Both the position numbers and the translations under genes were made by a program. Below are positions 28,431 through 41,619 of a DNA stretch of 64,000 bases, one piece after another. Origin of the DNA: the human T2T-CHM13v2.0 reference genome, Homo sapiens; assembly GCF_009914755.1 (NCBI RefSeq), contig NC_060947.1. One strand, 5' to 3'. The first letter of the stretch is position 1. Each line of letters starts with the position of its first letter. Below the pieces are notes generated by a model. It ran no database searches, was not told the origin of the DNA, and was given only the letters and a program-made list of their open reading frames with translations.

Positions 28431-29991
28431 TTACTACTCAATAATGATAAATATTGCATTATTTAGGATAGTTTGAACACTAATGAAGTACAGTACCCAA
28501 TTAACAGTGGCTAAATGTTAAAGGCCTTTATTAGCTCACATATTGAGACATTTGGGTGTTGGCAGCAGTGCTGCTCAGTGATGTCATGGCTCTGTTTCTC
28601 AGTAGTCAGCTTTATTTCTGTCTCAGGGGTATAAGGTGGCTGCCACCCATCTGACAAACATGCCCTCCTCTGGCGACATCCAAAGTCAGACAGAAGGGGT
28701 GGGTTTCTCCTCACTTAGCTCTTCTGAGAGTTTAATCTTCCCTTTACTTCTCTTAAGACTTCTTCTGGCATCTGATTGGCTACCATGAAGTCACATATTC
28801 ATGGCAGAAGGGATGATATTACTGTGACTGCTTTAGACCAATTGTGATACATGCCTTGGGTATAATGCCATTCAAATCCTGAACAAAATCCAAATCCAGT
28901 TAACACAGAAAAAAGGGAACCTGGCTGTGACTAGGCAATCCTACTGTTAAACGATTCTATAACTATTCATGACTCTCAACCAGAGAAGTGGGAGTGGCTT
29001 AAAATGGGTTTGTTACTAGAAACTAAGGGAGATAATATTTTGCCTTTTCTTTTCTAAAGCAACAAATATCCCCCCTCAAACATCCTTAATTATAACACTA
29101 ATGCTTGGGTGCTATGCCTTAGTTTTGGTGTGTCTATCTTATATGACCGTGATGTTATAGAGAAGTGCAATTCATTTTCCTGGCACCCAAAGGAAGAAAT
29201 GAGAAAGCTTCACCCTCCTGAAAAAGACTATACTTCCTATTTTCCAAATTCATCTTATCATTTCAATTGTGTACAGAATTTCCCTGCCTTTTTTCTTTAT
29301 AATTTTTCTCTGCCAAGATGTAGCATCTCCAGTTTTTTGCAGACCAGTCGTCTCTTGGTGATGAATGAGATACAATCCTAGGTAAAATACGTTATACTTT
29401 ATCATTTGACTTGGAAAAGCGTTAGTTTCTAACAGGATTGAGTAATGGACACTATTTGTCCCTCCTTTTAAAAAGAGTGCTTTGATAATTTGTTGTATGA
29501 TTTTTTCAATAATTTCATTCAGCCAATTTATTGGAATTTGGCTAACTCTGAATCTTGGGGAAGGCATGGGCACACAGGTGTGTTAGGAGATGAGCTGATT
29601 CAGCACAGTGCTAGGAGGAGCTTAGGAAATGATGAATATTTTTACATTGTTAGCCATTTATTTCCCTTGTTTTCTGAGTAAATTAGCTCAGTGGGTGAGT
29701 CAGTGGTTTATACTTTAGTGTCTTCTTCCTTTTTTTCTGGATCTTTCTTCCCTTCTGTGCCTCATGTCATGGGGTTTCTAGTGCTTGGGGAGATTTGTCT
29801 TCCCTTCACCTCACCTCATTTCCTCTACTTTCAATCTGATTTTTAAATGCCAGCCTTGCCAGGAAAGGTTTAAAATATGATAGTGTTGTTATTTTCCCTG
29901 TGGTTTCTGACTTTTTCTCCTTCACCTTGCATTTCTTCTCCTATCTATCATTGGAACTGAATCTTTTAAAGTTTACTTGTATTCTAATCTC

Positions 29992-30210
29992 TAGACCTGT
30001 GTTGTCCAATTCAGTAGACACTAGCCCATATACAGCTATTGAAATTGTAATTAACAACACGAAGTGAGATTTAAAAATCCAGTTGCTCTGTTGCACTAGG
30101 GGCATCTCAATGTTCAAGATGCACAGATAGCTAGTGGTCATCATATTGGACAATGCAGATAGAACATTTCCCTCCTCGCTGAAAGTTCTGTTGAGAAGTG
30201 CTACACTAGA
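29992..30210 (-). mobile_element. MER3 MITE
   Basis: gttgtccaattcagtagacactagcc...atattggacaatgcagatagaacatttcc..gaaagttctgttgaga. Confidence 0.8.
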
Positions 30211-31809
30211 TGCTTGCCAGTCTTGCCTTTTTTTAATTCTTATGGAATGTTCAGGGTGTACAGAGTACAAGGCAGTGAGATGGGTCTATGTCTCTTTAGA
30301 TGAGGAATTGAAGAGGTAAGGGGCTGTTTCTGACCCGGCCCACCATAGTTTCCAAGGCTACAGTTCATGGGATTGAATATTGATGCGGAAGAGAAGAAAA
30401 CCCTGAGCACATGAGAAGGCCCAAGTTAACATTGAGAAAGGCCAGTGCCTTCTTGCAGGTGTTGGAGCCTTAGGCCAAGACCCAGCCATGGAATCCAGAT
30501 AAATACAGTATTTCCTGAGAGGGGTTTAAAAGCAATCTGCACACCCAGACCTTGGTAAGGAAGTAATGTCATTAGCTTGGGTAGTGCAGAATGAGGAGGG
30601 CAGAGTAAATGCTAGGACACATTTTTGGGAAATTCTATTTTGAAATAGAGAAGGAACTTTCCCCAGAGCCAACTATATTGCATAGCCATTGTCCTGCAGT
30701 TTCAGGGTTCTGCTCCCACATAGTAGCCAGGCAAGTACGGAGACATGGAGGTTGACTGTGATAGTCAACAAACAGCACTTCCTCCCCCAGGGAAAACAAG
30801 TGGATTTCTGTGTTAGGATTAGCAAGACAGGGCTATCAAATACTAGCTTCATGCTGTACGGAGCAGAGGTGATGAAGAATTTACTACTGACTGATTTAGT
30901 CTGAGCCTCAGTCCAAAAACGATTCAGGTAATGATTCAAGACTTAATTTTCTTTATACTGCCCAAAGGTAAAATAAATAAGTCAGATTAAAAAACCATGT
31001 GCTCAATTCCTGGCTTTGATACTTCACAAGCCTTACCATTGATTAAACTCACTGAGCCTCAGTTTTCTCCTCTGTCACTTGGGATTTAAACTTAAAACTG
31101 TTTTAAAAATGGCTAACTATCTAAAGTGCCTAGTGCAGTTTGATGATGGTGTGTTACTTTGCCATTGCTTTTCAAATTAACAGAAAAGCCACTTCCACAT
31201 ATTGATGAGTTTTCTTTTTAGGAGCAGTAAAACATTTCACATATCTGGTACTTTTGGAAAATGCAATAATGAGAGACACACATGTATTTTCTTTAATATT
31301 GTGTAGTACTCATATTTATATTTCTATTCTTTCTATTGATAAAAGGCTATTTGAAGATGTATTTAAGCGACAGAAGCAGCAAGATGTATGTGTATCTTGT
31401 ATCACTTTATTAATGTAATCTGTTCTTGACACTCCCCATTGTAATTTCTACCACCCCCTACACATGTGCATACATATAGGTGACCTTATATTTTACAGAA
31501 ACATGGAGGTAATCGGAAAAAAAAAAATCCCTTAAATACATTAAGATGGACTGCTTACATTGTTATGGCTTGTTTTGGAAGAAGATGGGGTTTCTTTGTT
31601 ACAGTGCTAACCATCCCAAAGCCTTGGATTCCCTCCCCTTCATCTTGTGACTTTAATGTTCACTTCTCTTCGCAAATCTTCGATCTTCCTAGCTCCCTGG
31701 CTGCATCTGCATGGTTAATTAGCATGCTCAAATCCCTGGTTGGGAAAAAAAATAAATAAAAGGGCTTTTCCTCTCACCCACTTCCCTTGCTGCCTCTCTC
31801 CTGAATGGT

Positions 31810-32570
31810 TTTCCTAGGAAGCTTCCCTGTCAAGTCCAAAGGCCAGTTTTTGATCTTCATCTTCCTTGAACTGCACGGTAACATTTGTCAGTACCACTTG
31901 TACTACCTGAACTTTTCTCTCCTTTTGGTTTCTAGTTCTTCACTTTATCTTAATTCTTCTATACTTCTTTGACTCTTCTTATTCTTTGCTGGATGTTCCA
32001 TTTCCATCAAACGTTATGGTTCCCAGAGGATTGTCCTCGGCTCCCTTTAAGGCCTCATAGTACATTCTATCCCAGGATGATCTTATCTGTCCTCATGGCT
32101 TCAAATGTCATTTATATGCTAATTACTCTTAAATCATTGGCACTGGATTCTCTCCCCATCTCCTTATCTATACTTCCAAATACAGGACATTTTCTACATG
32201 GGTATCCTACAGCAGTATCAACTTTATCATTGCCAAATTTTATGAATGATCTTTTCTCCTAAACCTCTTCTTGTTTCTCCTAATCCTGAAACCAGTCAGT
32301 GGTAGCAGAGTTCACCCAGTTTCCTCACTAGGGATCACATTGCAAAGCCTCTCCCCTCTCCCTCAGTCTCCGATCATTTCTTAGTTCTACCTTGGATGTG
32401 TATCCCAAATCTGGTCTCCTTTCCTTTTGATGGCACTTGTGGTCTTAGTCTTACCCTCATCCTTTCTGCTGGGGGTTGTTGTATCCTACTCGGGCTCCAT
32501 CCTGCCAGCTTCTTCCTAATTCAGTTTGTTACCACATTACTGTAAGAGTTATTTTCCTACAAAAGAAACA
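31810..32570 (+). mobile_element. L2 fragment
   Basis: gtcaagtccaaaggccagtttt...catggcttcaaatgtcatttatatgctaattactct. Confidence 0.65.
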
Positions 32571-32656
32571 GCACTTGTTATTTCACTTCTCTGCTTGAAA
32601 ACTCTGCTGTCTGTGGCCTAGGGAATAAAAATTCATAGGCCTGTGCTTGGCAAATA

Positions 32657-32897
32657 CGTGTTTTTCAGTGCTTTCCAGACAGTGACTTAGAACACACCTG
32701 AAGCTGAACAAGTTGGATTTACTGCCCATTGCAGTGAGAGAGAACACACATCCTGGGGAACCATGGGGAGTCTCAGTTAAAAGATTATTAGAAAACACTT
32801 CTTATAGAATTTGAGCTAGTGTTAAGTGATTTGGGGGAAAGGAAGCAGGACTTCGCTTTGGATTGGATACTTTAGGAAGTAGCAGCAATTCTGATTA
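32657..32897 (-). mobile_element. LTR fragment (MER76-like)
   Basis: gagaacacacatcctggggaaccatggggagtctcag...ctttggattggatac. Confidence 0.5.
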
Positions 32898-35115
32898 TAG
32901 ATAGTATAGTATGTAGTATACAATAATAGTACGAACTGAAAAGTGTTGTTGTGGGCGTTAATGTATGCTAAGTGCTTAGAACATTTCCTGAGACACAGTA
33001 AATAGCAAATAAGTATTATCTATTATTGTTTTTGGTGGTGTTGCCTATTATTATTGTTGCCTTATTTCTAAAGTATCAACAATGAATTCAGTGCCTCACC
33101 CTTATTCTACCACCATTTTATAATGGTGGTAGAATAGATGTTTTGTGCTTGTGTATTCCATGTCAATCGAGATGTATTTATGTGTTCATTATTTAACTTA
33201 GATTTAGGACAATGATATGAGGTAATTCTTTTCATCTTTAGCTTGTAATTGAGGAAACAAGTGTGGAGTCACTAGCTGGCCTGCTCAGGGTCACATAACG
33301 AACAAATTGAGGTCAGATACTTCAGGATCCTCATCCAGTATTTTTCAAACTGGTTATGCCAGTTTAAATGGCAACTTTTTCATATGCATTATTATAAACA
33401 AACCATGCTTCCTTGGTTGTGAAGTCTCTTGACACGCATTAGGTAAAATATTGAATGATCTGTCATTTGAGTATATAGGAATATAACTGAGATAACTGGG
33501 CCAAATGTTGAATCTCTCAGTGAATCCAATCCAAAGATAAAGGGTTTTGGTGTGTATGTACCTACACAAAGGCATGTACATATACATCTTAATATTCTTC
33601 CAGGGAATATAGAATATGGATTTTTTTTTTTTTAATGAGAGCTGGATAGTAACTGTGACTGCATTTTTTTTCTATTCATCACCTATCAGGTTGTTAATGC
33701 TGACTGACTATGGTGTGTTGTTACAAAAATTTCAACTATATTTTTGGCTATTTCAAGTATGTGCTTCCACAACTTTGCAGCTAGAAGGCTAAACACGCAG
33801 CTCGCAGTAATAATAATATAGGAATGTGGAAAGCGAGGCTGGGTGAAAGAATGCTAAGAATTATGTGGCAGAAATAGTTCTGGCAAGTAGATTTACTTCA
33901 CGGAGTCCACTTGCTGTGTTGCAATTGGTATCCAATGTAAATTATTGCCGGGAGAAGGGGAACAATTTGAAATCCAACTTGTCTTATACAGTGGAGAATA
34001 AATATGCAAATTGTTCTATTCTTTGAAATAGCCAGAAAGAATTGTACCTTAATTCACTTGTAGTGTCACTGTCCATTTTAATACTCACAGAAACACTGGA
34101 TTCTTTCTACATTTAATTTATTCTTTGCTTTTCTTTAAATTGTTCTTGTAATGGGCGGCCACTGTTGTACAACAAGAAAGAATAATAAATTAAGATTGAC
34201 TTGTATTGCGTAAGCCAAGGCTGCTGACTCTGGAACTAATATTAGGTAATTTTGCTTGAATTTGGTGCAAGTCAGCCTGTGCTTTTTAAGTATTTTCACT
34301 TTCAGAACTCATATAGCAGTGCTTTTTAAATTTTATGTACCATTTTAGTATTAATTGTGGTATGAATTAAAGATTTCTACTTTATTGTCTTTAAGTTGCA
34401 TGCTGTTGTATCATAATTACAAAACACGGGGATTGTTTTACAAGCCTAGTTTTTTGTTCTATATGTAAAGTTGATTATTATGTATTTGTCAGTAAACATC
34501 GTTTTCATTAAAGCTATCTTTGACTAAGAATAATAGCGTAGCCCTTAAAGCAATGCTGTCTACTTATGGAAAGAATAGACTAATAAATGAGGAAATATTT
34601 ATTAGGCATTCACTGATCTGAAGTGGTGATTAAGTGCTAAAACACAGCATAAGACATGGTCTTTTGAACCACATAAGCTTGTGCTCTACATCAGTGTTTT
34701 GTAAATCTCCTCCCTCACTTTCTTCTTCCCTTCATGTCCTGGTGTCTATTATTCAAAAAAGCTAGCTATTACCCAACTGCTCTGCTGCAAGGAGGCGTCG
34801 TTTGGGGGTTGTGGGAGGCACTCAATTTGCCAGGTGTCCCTGGAGGGTGTCCCTAGAACTCCAGTGTTCCTTAGAATAAGGAATGTGTAAAGACTATTGC
34901 TCCATATGATGAAATAAAATGCCCTTTTGAAAAGCTAATGACAGTTTATGGCAACAAAAGATACACACCAAACAGGGACATAGATATTGAGCCCAACAAG
35001 TCTTAGAAAATAAACTATGAGATCTAAGTAATTAAATCTGTTCCTCAAAGAAAGTGTTTGAAACATTGTATGAATATCAAACACTTGAGAAAAACTTGGC
35101 TATAAACTCATAACT

Positions 35116-35117
<2 letters not shown>

Positions 35118-35173
<56 letters not shown>
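35118..35173. repeat. Compound (AC)17(AG)11 microsatellite
   Basis: Direct inspection. Confidence 0.95.
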
Positions 35174-36649
35174 TTTTATAATGGGTTTTTCTTATGATTG
35201 GTATGTAGCAGTTAAAGAGATTGTATTTGACCAAGATGTTACCCCACATATGATGTATGTATGTCACAGAGATTTCACTAGATGGTGAATTCTCTTTCTG
35301 GACATGTCTTTGATCTAACCTGGGAAGGGTCAGTGGTAAGATTGATGGCTCCCACACTACAGAGTGTACCTCCACCAGTGAAAGGACTGTGTCACCCTAG
35401 TCATTGCTATATCCCCACTCCCTAGTGTAGTCCTGGTAAATATCTTTTTAATGAATAAATGAATACAGAAGGCTGGGTGATAGCGCTGATCAAGGAACTG
35501 GTCTTCAAGGAATGCTGTGAGAATGAGATTTCATTCTTAGACTGAGCATAAATTTGCCTCCCAAGGATGGAATCCTATTTCTCAAGTTCATAGGATTCAA
35601 GTATAAAAAAATGTGTATCTCATAGTTATTTATGTAAACACACAGAGATTATTTACATAGGTTTCTATTGAAATGTCTGTGTATGAATCTACCATGAGAA
35701 ATGGAGTCCTCAAACAGACTGGAATGTTCACTTTCTTATATCAATACCTCCTTTCCCTATAGGCAATCTATGAGACAAGCCAAATAATAATCATGCTTCC
35801 AGCTTATAAAGGAATCATGAGACCTCTCAAGTCATCTGGAGGTTCATGTTAGCTTGACCTGCTCACTGTATCCCTGCAGAGAATCTATAGGAGAAACCAA
35901 ATTATCAAAAGGCTGCTTTGATGAGACTGGAATCAGAATAAGGGGTGTTAGTAATATCAGCTGACTGTTGAATTGCATCAGGTTTTTATAGTTCTGGATA
36001 TACCCATCAGAATAGGGATATTTGATTTGTCTGGAGGGAGCCCATGTCTTCTTGCAAGTGTATGCATGGACTCTGCTGTGGTCTGCCTTCTAGAAAGAGC
36101 TGTTTATTATAATAGTAACAACTTCATAGAATTTTTGTGAAGACCAAATGACATAACCTCTGTAAGGTACTTAGAATTTAGTAAATATTTATTGTTTAAA
36201 TATCGTGTATTTATTATTCCTTCTCCTTACCTTCCTCCTTTTAGTTTTTTCTTAGTTTACCATTTTACTTGCATCCCCACATTGGATGACTAACTCCTCT
36301 TCTAAAAGACACCCACTTGCTCTGTAGGTGTTGACATTGCTTAACTGTTTCTATTCAGTTTAAGAGTCTTTTTGCCTCTTTAAGGAGAGTTTGCATTTCT
36401 GTATTCTAATTCATTATTTACATATTTTAAAGTTTAGTTCTCAAATATGAACGTTCCTTATTTCCAAGTTTTTGAGGATTGTGGGGAACCTTGCTTTAGT
36501 ATCTGGATGGATAGCAATTTTGTTATTTAGTGGAGAGGGCTGGCAGTACACAATGGCTGATGTGTGTCTGGCACATAATAGACGCTCAATAAATATAGGT
36601 TGAATTAACTGTGGCAGTTAAAAACCCTTTCCTTTAGAGCAAGCCCTAT

Positions 36650-36840
36650 TTACTTTTCAGGTTGGATAATTTTTTCTTGGAGTGGGGGGTGATGTAGGGT
36701 CCCTGATCTCTATCCCTGATCTCTATCCACTAGATGCCTGTAGTGTGCCCCCCCTTCCAGTCGTGACAATCAGAAATATTTCTAGACATTGTCAAATGTC
36801 CCCTGGGGAACGTGACCATCCCTGATTGTGAACCACTGCT
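36650..36840 (-). mobile_element. MER20 with an internal 13-bp tandem duplication
   Basis: ccactagatgcctgtag...ctagacattgtcaaatgtcccctgggg..gaaccactg; tccctgatctcta repeated twice from 36700. Confidence 0.85.
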
Positions 36841-37927
36841 TTAGAGCAAAACATTGCTCATAAGTGGTGTTCACATCTGCATTTTCTCCTTGGATTTCTC
36901 AAAATTTCCCAGAAAAAAATCACAGAAGGCAAGGACATTGTCATTAATATTAATAAATTTCCACTAACCTAAGGGCAGTAGTATTTAATGCTGAATGCCA
37001 CAAGAATCACAGCCACCAGCAATGTTTCTGTTATTCAGGTTCTTCTCTTACAGCTGTGGGACAGGACATAAATGAAAAAGGCCAGAAGAAGGAATTGAGG
37101 AGTGAAGGTAGCTGTGTCCACGTAACACAAGTGTGATATTGATCCCATGCCCCAGGGTTGGCTGTGACTTTGTCTACAGTCCCTGGTATACTGGAAATGG
37201 GAGTGGGGGTTGGGTAGATCAGCAATACAGACCTGAGTCACTTCCAGCTTGCTGAGCCTTGGCTTCAGGAACTGCAACCTCAGGTTCATAGCCCTTTGCC
37301 TTCATCTCTACTTCACAGCAGGTTGGACTTGCCTGAGTTATTTAGATTCAACTAACCCTGGCCATAACTTCTCCCAGGGAACTTCCCTTCGGCTCCTGAT
37401 CCCCCAGCGTCCCTGGGGTAGATGTTCTCCCTTCAAGTGCACAAAACCCTAATGAGGTATAGTCACCTGGTGATCTCCATGCTGGTGGAAGAAGGCTGGG
37501 ATGGGGAAAGGGACATATATAGCTGGGCACACCCCAGTCCTCTGGGGCATCCCACCAGGACCTGGCCATGCTCATGGAAGAAACAGCTGCCCCTTGGCAG
37601 GACAGGTGGGCATGGGGTAGTTCCTGTCCCTCCCCATGTTGGCTGTGTGCTTCGACAGGTACTCACACTTATCTGAGTGTTTCTCCCAGATTGTGAAGCT
37701 CACTGCTCACTCCTGGGAAATGCATTGAATCCTTTATCCCTTCAGTGTCTGCTTACTGACTGCTTCATTGACTGTCCATTTACACACCAGGAACTAAGCT
37801 AAGTGATAAAGGATAGCGCTACACAAATGCTACCAGTTTAACCTGAGCTAAGAAGCTCCTACTGTAATGTAAAACTACTGCAGCACTAAGCACAATGTTT
37901 GAGATGGCTTTTTAAAAATGGCAAAAC

Positions 37928-38075
37928 TGTCTTGGTCCATTTTCTGTTGCTGTAATAGAATATCACAGACTATGTAATTTATAAAGAAGAGATATATTTT
38001 TCATAGTTCTGGAGGTTGGGAAGTCTAAGGTTGAGGGGCTGCCTCTGGTTATGGCCTTCTTGCTGCATCATAACA
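37928..38075 (-). mobile_element. Truncated MaLR LTR (MST-like)
   Basis: tgtcttggtccattttctgttgctgtaatagaat...gttctggaggttgggaagtctaagg..cttcttgctgcatcataac. Confidence 0.8.
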
Positions 38076-38420
38076 GAATCATGGGAAGGATAGAATTATG
38101 AGAGAAACAGAATTATGGTAAAAAACAGAATTGTGAGTATGACAGGGAATTGTGGGAAAGAACGGAATTGTGGGAAAAAACAGAATTGTGGGGAGTGATA
38201 CGGAATTGTGGGAGAGACAGGGAACTGTGAAAAATACAGGGAATTGTGGGAAATATAAGAAATTGTGGGAGACGAGAGAACTATAGGAGAGAAGGCAGAA
38301 TTGTGGGAGAGACAGGGATTTGTAGAAGAGAACAGAATTGTGGGTGACAGGGAATCATGGGAAAGAACTGAGAATTGTGAGAGAGAACGAAGCATTGTAG
38401 GAGATAGATGATTGTAAATA
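38076..38420. repeat. Degenerate minisatellite, 17-20 bp unit, about 19 copies (core GAATTGTGGGA)
   Basis: Recurrent gaattgtg at 17-20 bp spacing. Confidence 0.9.
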
Positions 38421-39927
38421 GAAACAAAGAATGGCTGGAGTGATTAAATACTGTTGGGAAGAAAAAGAATTAGCCCCCCCTGGAGTCTATTTCTTGGCAG
38501 GGATACATCCCTCACTTTTGATCATGCCATATATCTTACCTCCCTCCATGAATGATTTCTGGCAGCCTACCAAAATACAGGCAACACTGGGTCAAAGAAA
38601 GAAATAGTCAAAGAAACTGGGGAAAGGGTAGCTTAATGAAAGGAAAATGATGCAGCTAATAATCATATTAATAATTAAGTATGTAGGCCATAGGATCCTG
38701 AACTTTCTCCTTTTGAGAAGAGAGGAAAGTGCCTCTGTTAAAGGTAGGCCAGAGATTTGACTGTAAGATTTTCCCATGTTGATAAGATTAAAAGTAACCA
38801 GGTTTTTTGCTGTTTATGTTTGTTTGTTTTTAAGAACACAGGTTTTCTTGATTTTTAGTCCTGAGAGAAATCCCGATTGTTCATAAAGATGATGTTGTGA
38901 GCTAAGGGTGCTAATAAGTGTGCTGTGGAGCTACACACAGATCCCCTCAATGTAAACTGTTGTCACAGTCACAAAGCACAATTCATTAAACCAATTTTAT
39001 GAATCATCAAGACTTCTGTTCAACTGAATATACAAGCTCTCAATGTTCTACCTTAATCCATTTAGATCACTGTTCCTAGTTTGGCAAGCAAGTTTCAACT
39101 GGCATATCAGCTCTGATTCCCTTATAGTAGCTGTTCTAATAACTATGTTGGGAAGTTTCATAGCTAAGTTCAGACTCAGAAGGAAATGCTCTGTTATTGA
39201 GTAGCAGTATCTATCATGGGTGCAGGAAGGGTTTAGAGAAATGGAGGTCTTATATGTAGATATTCTAGGCAGTCCTCCAAAAACCATTCTCGTTGCAGGG
39301 CTTTTGATAAATATTAGACAGTAGAGGGGTCAAGGTCATTGCTGTTGGCCAAAACCTAAGGGGAGAAACTCTGAGATGTTTATTAAGTTATCTGATTTGA
39401 ATATAAATTGGGCAGGGGTTAGTGTAAAATTCTGTTATAAAAACGAGAGCATCCAACCTAAAAGGTGCATGGCCAATGGCCCCTCCACCTCTCTCTGTGT
39501 ATAGTTAGAAGTACTTACATATAGAGAGAGCTAAGCACATCTGGGTGACCATCAACTCAAAGCCAGATGGGCGATAGAGGACTGAAAATCTATCCATAGA
39601 GCATGGCTGCAAGAATTTTAGCCTAGAAAAATAAGCATGACCTTCCAGGACCATGAGAAAACTCTCAAAACAACACCCAAGCAACAGTGGAAATAAACAT
39701 CTAAGAATAAATGTCAGAAGACTCAGTACAGTCTTGCTTTTACTATATGGGACTCATAACGTATTTGTCTTCATTCACAGCATGAGACACACAGAGCACA
39801 TGCATTCAGTTTAAGAAACTGTCTTCAAATTTGTACTTTAGAAATATAAGTTTGGCAAAATTGCATCACCTAGCTTATCTAAGTTAGTTTTTCTTTCCAA
39901 GCAGTAGTGATTAACTTTCTCTGAAGT

Positions 39928-40020
39928 AAAGAAGAGGAAGAGAAGTAGGAGGAGGAGGTAAAGGAGGAGGAGGAGGAGGAGGAAGAGGAAGAAGAAGAAG
40001 AAGACGAAGAAGAAGAAGAA
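39928..40020. repeat. (GAG)n/(GAA)n purine-rich triplet repeat
   Basis: Direct inspection. Confidence 0.95.
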
Positions 40021-41619
40021 TGAAAAGTTATCCCATGAATAAATAAGTCAAATTTCTGATGTTTATGGCTATTAGTTAACCTATAAAATTTGATGGGCCT
40101 TTCGAATACCCTAGTTTCATAAGAATTTCTCATCTTAAAAAGGACATAAGGAATAAGCGCCAAGACAAAAATACTCCCAAAACCAGAGTTCCTTGTTTCT
40201 GATAAATTCTGGAAGTTATTTTTCTCTAGAAATGACAAAAAAAAAAAAAAGTAAAGCACCCCAAGACACTTCTCTATCTCAACAGGGTTATGGAACTTCC
40301 TAGTACTCCAGTTTATGATTAGGATTAGTCATTTCAGTAATATTCAACAATCAAGTATCCATAGGTTATGAGAAATGCACAAATGAACCAAACATAGTCC
40401 CTGCCCTCTGGGAACTTTTAGTTTTGTAGGACACAAAAGTAAGTCATGCTGACAATAGATGCGTGGAAGAATGTGAATAAAATACCGTGGGAACACAGGA
40501 GAAGAAGAGGATAGAAGGTTAGTGGATTTCACAAGTCAATTCTAAAACTCTCCAACAAAAGCAAAAGAAAGGAAAGGTTTCTTAAAGTAGGGGATAATCA
40601 AGATAGACCTGGAACAATGGCCAAATTGTTTAAAGGTGAAACATAAAAGCTTACAAAATTCAAGTTAAGGAAATCACGTGAAAACAGACACAAAGGACAG
40701 AAGTGGGACACAGTGATTCTGACTCGCAGGGACTTGCTGTTGGTAGAGTGGCTCAGAGGAGGGTCGGGGAGGGAGCTTCAGTGTAGATGCATCTGAAAAG
40801 CCAAAGTGGGGTTAGACCTTAGAGGACAGAGAGTTTGGATTCTCTGACACTGGCCCAGAGGGGCTAATGAAGATTTCAATGTGGGAATAACTTCAGTGTA
40901 AATGACAAGGAGAAGGACAATGGAAGGTGGGAAGGGCATTCTCTGACTGAGTTTTCAGTGTCCCAGTCCTTACTGATCAAGGGCTGTTGGATGGGCAGTC
41001 CATATGGCCTATGAACAACCAGGGGAGGGCCAGTAAGGCTCTGGAGGCAGGATGGAAAGGGGACAGGGAATTCGAAAGAGGAATGAATGAAAGGGGGAAG
41101 CAGGAGAATGGGGTCTGAAAATAAAAGTCAGGTGATGTGGACTTCATGCCACTCTTTCTGGCCTTCAGATGTTTCCACTTGGAAAGTGACATGCTGGAGT
41201 AAAGGACATGTTAGATTTCTTTCAGGATTTCTAATCATGCACTACTCTGTGGTGTTCCATATTATGAACAAATGTGAGAAAAGAATGCAAGGGGTTTGAG
41301 ATAGGTGCAAGGTAATCTGAAAAGTAGTTCCTGAACTAACAGATGCCAGAGAGCTGCAAGAAAAAAAGAAAATCTCAAGAAAGAGATGACTTAAAAAGCT
41401 CTGAGAAGGAAAACTGCCTTGGGATGTGATTAGAACCAGGTGGTGGTGGAGGTGGCCCAATGTTAGATCCACAGGGTCTTAATCCAGGAGACTCTGGAAC
41501 AAGCTTTGACTTGGAATAGATGATTGGATCCAAGGACCATGAGGAAAAGGTGAGAGCAGTTCAGTTGCCTCCTTCCACCTTGCCATCCTACAGGTCTCTC
41601 AACCTTAACACATCTCCAG

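Noticed and set aside
38076-38420. CRISPR-like repeat/spacer appearance
   Set aside because: Units are only 17-20 bp, degenerate, with related linkers; primate context and no cas genes. It is a minisatellite.
39879-40259. 126-aa ORF with poly-serine
   Set aside because: Artefact of the GAG/GAA repeat read on the minus strand.
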